Positions 57,221 to 64,000 of a stretch of DNA of 64,000 bases are shown here, in pieces. Each line of letters opens with the position of its first letter. Position 1 is the first letter of the stretch. The stretch is from an uncultured Pseudomonadota bacterium (GTDB lineage Bacteria; Vulcanimicrobiota; Vulcanimicrobiia; Eremiobacterales; Eremiobacteraceae), in contig CAVTNB010000001.1 in the NCBI GenBank assembly GCA_963736005.1, forward strand, positions 224,001-288,000, written 5' to 3'. The translations under genes and the position numbers were made by a program. The notes beneath the pieces were generated by a model that did no database searches, had not been told where the DNA came from, and saw only the letters and a list, made by a program, of their open reading frames with translations.

Positions 57221-58531
57221 ATGACTCAGGACAGGAAATTTGGGTTTCGCACGCGCGCGCTGCACGCCGGCACGCCGCCGAACGCTACCACCGGCGCAAG
57301 CTCGTTGCCGGTTGAGATGTCCACTGGCTTTGTTTTTGACTCCATCGCACACGCGAAGGAACTGTTTTCGCTGCGTACCTATGGCAATATCTATAGCCGT
57401 ATCTCAAACCCGACTGTTGCGGCGTTCGAGGAGAAGATCGCAAGCTTGGAAGGTGGACTGGGCGCTCTTGCGACCTCATCGGGACAGGCGGCGCAGCTGG
57501 TCGCAATTCTGTCGTTGGCGCAAAACGGCGACCATTTGGTTGCGTCCTCGAATATCTACGGTGGAACAGTAACGCAGTTCAGTGTCTCGCTGCGCCGTTT
57601 GGGTATCGAGACGACGTTTGTACCCGGCTCCGATCCCAAGGCGATGGCAGCCGCAATTCAGGAGAACTCGAAGGCGCTTTTTGTCGAGACCATCGGTAAC
57701 CCGTCGGGCAACGTGGCCGACCTCGAGGCGCTTGCAAGCGCTGCTCACGCGGCTGGCCTGCCGCTGATCGTTGACAATACGTTTGCGACCCCATACTTGT
57801 GCCGTCCGATCGAGCACGGTGCTGATATCGTGCTTCACTCGGCCACGAAGTATATTTGCGGTCATGGGACGGTGATCGGGGGCGTCCTGGTTGAATCCGG
57901 GAAGTTCAACTGGGCGGGTGGCAAGCATCCCCTCTTAAGCGAGCCGAGCCCAAGCTATCATCACGTTCGCTTCACAGAGACCTTTAACGAGTATGCCTTC
58001 CTCACTCGAGCGCGAGCAGAAGTGATGCGCGACATTGGTGCGTGTCTTTCCCCGATGAATGGATGGCTCTTAGTTCAAGGTTTGGAGACTCTGGTATTGC
58101 GCATGGAGGCACACGTAAAAAACGCTCTGCATGTTGCACGCTTTTTGGAGCGACACGCCGGCGTGAAATGGGTGAGCTATCCTGGGCTACCATCGAGTTC
58201 TCAATACCCGCTCGCGCAACGGTATCTACCGCTTGGGGCGGGAGGTATCGTCACGTTCGGCGTTGTTGGTGGGCGCGAAGGTGCCGAGCGATGCATCGAA
58301 GCACTCGAATTGTGGAGTCACTTAGCCAACATGGGAGACGCCAAAAGCCTGGTCCTCCATCCCGCTTCGACGACTCACTCGCAGCTTAGCGAGAAGGAAC
58401 TGGCCGCAGCGGGCATCACCCCCGACATGATCCGGCTCTCAGTAGGATTGGAAGACGTTGACGACCTCACATGGGATCTGGAACAAGGGTTGGGCGCAGC
58501 GACTCGAGCAGCCAGCGGTCGTCCATCATGA
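57221..58531 (+). CDS. metY: O-acetylhomoserine sulfhydrylase
   Basis: IYSRISNPT, DNTFATPY, HSATKY, HLAN.GDAKSL..HPASTTH. Confidence 0.9.
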   Translation: MTQDRKFGFRTRALHAGTPPNATTGASSLPVEMSTGFVFDSIAHAKELFSLRTYGNIYSRISNPTVAAFEEKIASLEGGLGALATSSGQAAQLVAILSLAQNGDHLVASSNIYGGTVTQFSVSLRRLGIETTFVPGSDPKAMAAAIQENSKALFVETIGNPSGNVADLEALASAAHAAGLPLIVDNTFATPYLCRPIEHGADIVLHSATKYICGHGTVIGGVLVESGKFNWAGGKHPLLSEPSPSYHHVRFTETFNEYAFLTRARAEVMRDIGACLSPMNGWLLVQGLETLVLRMEAHVKNALHVARFLERHAGVKWVSYPGLPSSSQYPLAQRYLPLGAGGIVTFGVVGGREGAERCIEALELWSHLANMGDAKSLVLHPASTTHSQLSEKELAAAGITPDMIRLSVGLEDVDDLTWDLEQGLGAATRAASGRPS

Positions 58532-59001
58532 TTCTCACGAGCCCGGTGCAACGCCAGCAGTTGCTGCGGCGAGCGAAGACTGTCGCCGTCGTTGGTGCGA
58601 GCGACAATCCCGCACGTCCAAGTTATTTTGTTGTCCGCTACCTCAAGACCCATGGATATGTGGTGTGGCCGGTTAATCCGGCCTACAGCACCGTTGATGG
58701 TACGCAGTGCTACCCGTCGCTGGCTGCGTTAGTCAGCGCACACGGCGTACCCGATATTGTGGATGTCTTTCGCCGCCCAGACGCCTTGCCGGCGTTGGTA
58801 GAAGAAGTGATAGCCGCGGGCGTCAAGGCAGTATGGTTTCAATATGGGGTCGTCAACGCGACGGCCATCGAGCAGGCTGATCAGGCAAACTTGGACATCG
58901 TAGTCGACCGTTGTATGAAAGTCGAGCACGCCCGGTTCAATCGGGGCTTGAGCACGCAGGGTTTCGATTCCGGGATCATCACCGCAAAGAGACTCGTGTA
59001 G
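58528..59001 (+). CDS. CoA-binding protein (YccU-like)
   Basis: AVVGAS.NP.RPS, VDVFR, W.Q.G, DRC. Confidence 0.88.
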   Translation: MILTSPVQRQQLLRRAKTVAVVGASDNPARPSYFVVRYLKTHGYVVWPVNPAYSTVDGTQCYPSLAALVSAHGVPDIVDVFRRPDALPALVEEVIAAGVKAVWFQYGVVNATAIEQADQANLDIVVDRCMKVEHARFNRGLSTQGFDSGIITAKRLV

Positions 59002-59020
59002 TCGCGCGAAATTATTCGCG
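58998..59020 (+). repeat. GTAG-REP family C containing the stop codons of both convergent genes
   Basis: gtagtcgcgcgaaattattcgcg. Confidence 0.7.
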
Positions 59021-59479
59021 TATGGGTTTGTGCTGCGCAAGCTCCTCAAAGATGGCGTTTTCCACTTCGCCTCGGTGCTCTTTGCCATCGGCAAAGAGAT
59101 ACGTCGGAGCGGTGAACACGACTCCGTCGACTCCGTGATCTCGAACTTCGGCGATCTGCACGGAGACAAGGGCGCAAGGAAATGGTACGGTCCGCAGCTG
59201 TTCCTTGAGGATCCGTGCTTCGCCGCGGACGGCCAGAATGAGATCGTCAGCGAGAATCTCGAGCGCCACTTTGGCAGTGCCGGCGCCGATGTTGCGGTGC
59301 GCCGTGCTGCGGGAATCCAAGGCAAGGGCCAACCGATCGGGGCCGGCGGAAACGATCCAGCTGCAGAAGGCCGTGGATGGCATCCCTTCTGCTGACACCG
59401 TTGCCAAAATGGCCCCTGTTCGGCGCTTGAGGGCCGCCTGGAGCGCATCGCGCAAGTTTTCCGGTGCGGGGTGTTGCAT
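59012..59479 (-). CDS. Pyridoxamine-5'-phosphate-oxidase-like split-barrel protein
   Basis: LATVS.EG.P...SW...S...RNI; start at ATG 59479. Confidence 0.7.
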   Translation of the reverse strand: MQHPAPENLRDALQAALKRRTGAILATVSAEGMPSTAFCSWIVSAGPDRLALALDSRSTAHRNIGAGTAKVALEILADDLILAVRGEARILKEQLRTVPFPCALVSVQIAEVRDHGVDGVVFTAPTYLFADGKEHRGEVENAIFEELAQHKPIRE

Positions 59480-59678
59480 AGCGTCCTCAAAAAATTCGCT
59501 TCTTGGGCTGTCATACGCTTCCACGGTCTGTTTCCTTTGTTTGTGCCGTTCCTGAAGCAGAAGGGCTGGTGGGGCAATCGGTGAGTACCCGATGGCGCTA
59601 GTGGGAGTCAAAGTCACTCCTATATCCCCAAACATTGATTAGAGGATACAGATCCAGGGGCCCGCGAAACGGGGTTTC

Positions 59679-60635
59679 GTGGCTGACTTGAAGCGATCTG
59701 GGCGGACTTCACGGGATTCACGGCAAGAAAAGCGCCTGCTCACGTTAGACGAATTTGGTACGTACCTTCAGTACGAGCGTGGCCTGGCGGCGCGCACCGC
59801 CGTGGAGTATCCGGCCGACATGCGCGATTTTGCGAGGTTCTTAGGCAAGGATACGACGGATCGGCAACTGTTGCGAGCAGGACGCGAGGATGTGAGTCGC
59901 TACGTCCAGACTATGATGGGAAAGCGAAGGTACACCACCGCGGCAGTAAAACGCCGGCTGGCTTCGATTCGAGGCTTCTATCGGTTCGCTCGGCGAAAAA
60001 ACCTCATTCAGGAAAACCCATTTGACAAGTTTCAAGGGCCGAAAGGCGGGCGACCATTGCCGAAAGTGCTCTCCGAACGAGAGGTTTCGAAACTGCTGGC
60101 GGCGCGGGTGCACCCAGATGATGAGTTTCTATACTCGCGAGATCACGCGATGTTCGAGCTCATGTATGCCACAGGCATACGCATCGGAGAACTCGTGGGG
60201 TTAAACATCCGGGATGTAGACCGCGAGCGGCGGCTTATGCGCGTTACGGGAAAAGGGAATAAACAGCGACCCGTATTGTTCAACAAAACTTCGCTCCACG
60301 CGCTCAACCGATACCTTGCCGTGCGTCCGAATGCTGCCACCGACGCGCTTTTCCTCAGCCGTAACAACGAGCGGTTGACCGTACGGGGCGTGAGGTTTGC
60401 CTTCGAGGCTATGAAGCGCGCTGCGGGTATCGAGGGCGCCGCAACTCCGCATACGTTGCGCCACTCGTTCGCAACACATCTACTCGAGCATGGTGCGGAT
60501 CTTGTGGTCATAAAGGATTTGCTCGGACACGAAAGCCTGAGCACGACCCAGATCTACACGAATATCTCTCTTGAACATGTGCGTCAGACCTATGAGGAGG
60601 CTCACCCTCGGGACAGAGAGACGCAGTCGAAATAA
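59679..60635 (+). CDS. Tyrosine recombinase XerC/XerD-like
   Basis: YATGIR..E, GKG.KQR, HTLRHSFATHLL, LLGH, TTQIYT. Confidence 0.9.
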   Translation: MADLKRSGRTSRDSRQEKRLLTLDEFGTYLQYERGLAARTAVEYPADMRDFARFLGKDTTDRQLLRAGREDVSRYVQTMMGKRRYTTAAVKRRLASIRGFYRFARRKNLIQENPFDKFQGPKGGRPLPKVLSEREVSKLLAARVHPDDEFLYSRDHAMFELMYATGIRIGELVGLNIRDVDRERRLMRVTGKGNKQRPVLFNKTSLHALNRYLAVRPNAATDALFLSRNNERLTVRGVRFAFEAMKRAAGIEGAATPHTLRHSFATHLLEHGADLVVIKDLLGHESLSTTQIYTNISLEHVRQTYEEAHPRDRETQSK

Positions 60636-60672
60636 GGGTATGACACTGACCGCGCTTGGCTATGTAAATGGA

Positions 60673-61317
60673 CTAGAAGCGTGGATCGTCGAGAACGTAG
60701 CGCGGGATTCCGATATCGGGCGTATCACTCACGAGTTCACCACGGCGGAGTTTTACCGGCACGACACCGGCCCACACCGGGAGGTCTAGGTCTTCTGCAT
60801 TGTCTTTTGGCGGGCCAGTCCGAACCTTCGCCGAGGCTTCTTCTATCGGCATCTGCAGCACGAATGTGGCGGTAAGCTCGATGTCTTTCGGCGGCCGGAT
60901 CTCTTCCCAGCGCCCCGGCATGATGTGCTCGCTGAAAAGTCGTAGCGCCCGGGTCTTGTCAGCTTGATCCTGGATCGCAGTCGCCCTGCCAAAAAGAACA
61001 ACAGAGCGGTAGTTCATCGAAGAGTTAAAGGCAGACCGAGCGAGGACCAGCCCGTCGACAAGCGTGACGTTGAGGCACGCGTCAAGGCCTGTGGATAGCG
61101 CTTGCGTGAGCCGGCTTGCCGACGATCCGTGCATGATGATACGATCGGCGTCTCGCGCATAGAGCATGGGAATCACAACGGGCAAGCCATGTTCGACGAA
61201 ACCGACGTGACAAATAAGCCCGGCATCTAATATCGCATCAATGGTCGCACGGTCGTAGCGACCCTGGTCAGGCAGTCGACGCAATTTCGTGCGCGCCGAG
61301 TTAGGCATTTCTGGCAT
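60673..61317 (-). CDS. Flavin-binding PNPOx-like protein
   Basis: R..YDR..I..ILD, DGLVLARSAF..S.NYRSV, AK.RTGPP. Confidence 0.85.
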   Translation of the reverse strand: MPEMPNSARTKLRRLPDQGRYDRATIDAILDAGLICHVGFVEHGLPVVIPMLYARDADRIIMHGSSASRLTQALSTGLDACLNVTLVDGLVLARSAFNSSMNYRSVVLFGRATAIQDQADKTRALRLFSEHIMPGRWEEIRPPKDIELTATFVLQMPIEEASAKVRTGPPKDNAEDLDLPVWAGVVPVKLRRGELVSDTPDIGIPRYVLDDPRF

Positions 61318-61318
61318 G

Positions 61319-62818
61319 CTAGAGGTTGAACTGAACCCCCAGCGCGGGTGCGCGCAGGTTCGCCGGACCCAGAAGGGAGCGTTCGCCGTAAAAAAGTTGC
61401 AAACGTTGTGCTAGGCGCAGATCTCCATAAAGGTCGAGCTTTGGCCGCTTCGGGTCGTAGAGGCGGGCGTCGATGCCAAATGGGCCGGCTGACTGGTAGA
61501 GCGCTTGCGCTCCCAAGTTTGAGTACAAGACCCCAAACGAATACTGCAGGCGCGGCGAATCTTGCAGGTTGATCAGAAAATTGTAGGTTGTCTTATAGCC
61601 AAGGTCATTCGCGCCGACAGTGACATGCACCGGAAAGCGTGGCAAGAGTTCAAGGTTGAGATCGCTCGCTGGCCCGGGCGAAGCATTAAACCAAGTCATC
61701 CGCACGTGAGCTGTCGCTAGGGCGAAGCCAGATCCAGATGAGGAGCTCATGCGGAAGCCCGCCCCGGATCGTGGGCCAGGCGACCCACCGCCGCCCTGCG
61801 GCTGGGCTGGGCCGGGTGTTTCGTTTCCCTGTGCGGTTGAAAAGGTACCAAGAATCGCGTTCGCTTTGGCGATCGCGCCGCTCAAATTGTGCACCGCGCC
61901 GCGCAACTCGCCCTGCACTTGCTGGTCGCCCGTAATGCTCTGAATGTCGGTTGCGACGGCCTTGAGCTTCTCACTTGAATCCTTGAGATTCGCCGTCGCA
62001 CTGAGCAGGTTTGCCTTCATGGTGGGATCGGTTGCAATTGAAGTGACCGCAGCCATGGTCTTGTTGAGGTTGTCCGCCGTGGCCGAGAGATCGTCGATGA
62101 GCGCGGCAAACTTCGGCCCGTTGCCAACTACCAGCCGGCGCAAGGTTGTCGTCATGGCGGTGACGTTTTGCCCATTCTGTGCGAGGACGGTCTGGAATCC
62201 TGTGATAAGGCCGTTGACGCTCGCGACGGTCGTGTTGAGTTGCTCGCCGAGCAAGTTGAAGTTTCGATCGGCGTGCACGACGAGCGCATCCGTGTGCTTC
62301 GCCACGTTGTTGAAATGGTGCACCATGCCGGGAAGCTCTGCGTTCACGATGGCCAGCGTCTTGTCCAGATCCCTCATGCGCTTTTGTCCCTCGGACACGA
62401 GGTCGGCGATCGTCAGCGGCACGACTCCCTCAGGCTGCTCACCCTCGGGAAGCACCCTGCGAGGTAATGGGACCGCTGACGACAGGTCGGCGGGAGGGAA
62501 TATGGTGAGCGTCGACTGTCCAGTCAACGTGGTCGCCACGGTAAAGGTTGAACCTCGATAGACAGTATTGTCGCCGTTGATCGAGCAGATGACGCTCGCG
62601 GTCTGATCGGGCAAAAGTCTGATCTTATCGACCGTGCCGATGTCGACCCCAGCGAGTTGCACCGAGCTGCCCTCTTGCAAGCCAACGACGTCGCGGAAAT
62701 GCACGCCAATTTGATACGAATTGCGCATGAGCGAGAAGTTGCTCAGCATCGCCCACACAACAAAAATCCCGATGATGGTTAAAACGGCGAAAACACCGAC
62801 TCGAAAGGCGACGGTCAT
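61319..62818 (-). CDS. mlaD: Long MlaD/MCE protein with helical stalk and beta-rich C-terminus
   Basis: TM, F.DV.GL..GS.V.LAGV.IG.V MCE motif, heptad region. Confidence 0.82.
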   Translation of the reverse strand: MTVAFRVGVFAVLTIIGIFVVWAMLSNFSLMRNSYQIGVHFRDVVGLQEGSSVQLAGVDIGTVDKIRLLPDQTASVICSINGDNTVYRGSTFTVATTLTGQSTLTIFPPADLSSAVPLPRRVLPEGEQPEGVVPLTIADLVSEGQKRMRDLDKTLAIVNAELPGMVHHFNNVAKHTDALVVHADRNFNLLGEQLNTTVASVNGLITGFQTVLAQNGQNVTAMTTTLRRLVVGNGPKFAALIDDLSATADNLNKTMAAVTSIATDPTMKANLLSATANLKDSSEKLKAVATDIQSITGDQQVQGELRGAVHNLSGAIAKANAILGTFSTAQGNETPGPAQPQGGGGSPGPRSGAGFRMSSSSGSGFALATAHVRMTWFNASPGPASDLNLELLPRFPVHVTVGANDLGYKTTYNFLINLQDSPRLQYSFGVLYSNLGAQALYQSAGPFGIDARLYDPKRPKLDLYGDLRLAQRLQLFYGERSLLGPANLRAPALGVQFNL

Positions 62819-62837
62819 GGGATCAAACCGTACTTGA

Positions 62838-62891
62838 GGGTCGCGAATAAATTCGCGACACCACATGGGCGACTTGACAGTCGCCCGCTAC
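62838..62891 (-). repeat. Tandem REP pair (family B with GTAG, family C with GTGG)
   Basis: gtcgcgaataaattcgcgac-accac + atgggcgacttgacagtcgcccgctac. Confidence 0.75.
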
Positions 62892-63691
62892 AGGGGAATC
62901 GGACCAACTTCGCTTCCCTCCAAGAATTGCTGGACGATGGGGTTTTGCGAGCGCCGGAACTCCTTCGCTGATGCGACCTCGATGATCGTGCCTTCAAAGA
63001 GCATTGCGATGTTGTCCGAGATCGCATAGACAGAGGGCATGTCGTGCATGACCACGATGCTCGTTGCATGCAAGCGCGATTGAATGGCCTTGATGGAGTC
63101 GGTGATGACATTGGTCATGATCGGATCAAGTCCCGTTGTCGGTTCGTCGAAGAGGACGATTTCCGGGTCATTCACGATTGCACGGGCGAATCCCACTCGC
63201 TTCTGCATTCCGCCTGAGAGCTCCGCGGGAAGCCGGTCTGCGACGTCACCCAAGCCGAGCGCATCCAACGTGTCGGTCACTCGCTGATCGATCTCCTTGC
63301 GCGTGAGCGTTGTGTGCTCGTACAGCGGAAAGCTCACGTTTTGCGCAACGGTGAGCGAGTCAAAAAGCGCGGCCGCCTGAAAAGCGAATCCCATCTTCCT
63401 ACGGATTTCATTGAGCTCCCGCTCTTGCAACCCAACAATGTTCTCCCCGTTGACGAAGATGTAGCCAGCATTCGGCATTCGCAGGCCATCGATGAGGCGC
63501 AAGATCGTCGACTTCCCCGCTCCAGACAGCCCAATCACCGACGTGACTTGCCCGCGCTGGAAATCAAGCGAGAGGTCCGACAGGACGATTTTCGGTCCGA
63601 AGGACAGATCGATATGTTGGAGGCTCACCGCGACGCTTTCGGATGGCGTCACAGCGTCGGGCATCTCGCGAGCGCCCGCGTGCTCTATCAT
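62888..63691 (-). CDS. mlaF: MlaF ABC ATPase
   Basis: GLSGAGKS, FQ.AALFDS, ELSGGMQKR, DEPTTGLDP. Confidence 0.92.
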   Translation of the reverse strand: MIEHAGAREMPDAVTPSESVAVSLQHIDLSFGPKIVLSDLSLDFQRGQVTSVIGLSGAGKSTILRLIDGLRMPNAGYIFVNGENIVGLQERELNEIRRKMGFAFQAAALFDSLTVAQNVSFPLYEHTTLTRKEIDQRVTDTLDALGLGDVADRLPAELSGGMQKRVGFARAIVNDPEIVLFDEPTTGLDPIMTNVITDSIKAIQSRLHATSIVVMHDMPSVYAISDNIAMLFEGTIIEVASAKEFRRSQNPIVQQFLEGSEVGPIPL

Positions 63692-64000
63692 CGGAACAGC
63701 ACGAACGACAGCGCGAAGTTGAAGGCGAAGATCAAAATGATCGAGGTAACCACGGCCTGGGTAGTCACGCGGCCGACTCCTTCTGCTCCGCCTTCTGTGC
63801 GCAGCCCTTCGTAGCAGGCAATGATAGAAATAATGATGCCGAAGACGGCGGCCTTCAGCAAACCCTTTTCAAAATCGGTAAAGTCGATGAACTGCTGCAC
63901 GGAAATCCAGTACGTGCTCGGTGCCAGGTGAATGCGCAGCCAGGCCATATAGTATCCGCCCCAAACTGAGATCATATCCGCGAAAACCGTCAGCATAGGG
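63688..64000 (-). CDS. mlaE: MlaE permease (3' part only)
   Basis: GLLKA.VFG, GGAEGVG..TT.AVV. Confidence 0.9.
   Translation of the reverse strand, partial: PMLTVFADMISVWGGYYMAWLRIHLAPSTYWISVQQFIDFTDFEKGLLKAAVFGIIISIIACYEGLRTEGGAEGVGRVTTQAVVTSIILIFAFNFALSFVLFR

Noticed and set aside
59679..60635. Phage or island integrase
   Set aside because: It has the length and motifs of a housekeeping Xer recombinase, sits among core genes and has no att sites or cargo.

Overview
GC-rich bacterial chromosome segment from a diderm (it encodes a secretin, a TonB-dependent receptor and an Mla system) that also carries Terrabacteria-type cdaA-cdaR-glmM. The gene style suggests Eremiobacterota/Vulcanimicrobiota, but this is inference only. 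Order: GT-C glycosyltransferase (partial), three tandem type IV pilins, pilD, a CRP-family regulator, pilMNOPQ, aroC, a giant TPR/coiled-coil protein, aroK-aroB-priA, rpsT, cdaA-cdaR-glmM, a c-di-AMP riboswitch ahead of a LysM-NlpC/P60 hydrolase, purU, a glycan/amino-sugar uptake locus (SIS protein, APC permease, TBDR, lipoprotein, two CBM32-containing GH-A hydrolases), an accessory region at about 40.2-50.8 kb ending at tRNA-Gln, an ECF sigma/anti-sigma pair, gltA, mdh, a PilZ-PilB fusion, metY, a Xer recombinase and mlaEFD. The best candidate for an undescribed system is in the accessory region. Two unannotated homologous 31-33 aa ORFs (41295-41396 and 43433-43528) share a conserved 22-aa leader and have variable Cys-containing tails. 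They flank a DUF6065-like protein, an unannotated metallothionein and a 2OG-Fe(II) dioxygenase, and a peptide-binding ABC protein follows, which suggests a RiPP-like or peptide-signal locus. Three families of GTAG-type REP palindromes recur across the window, and several of them supply gene stop codons.
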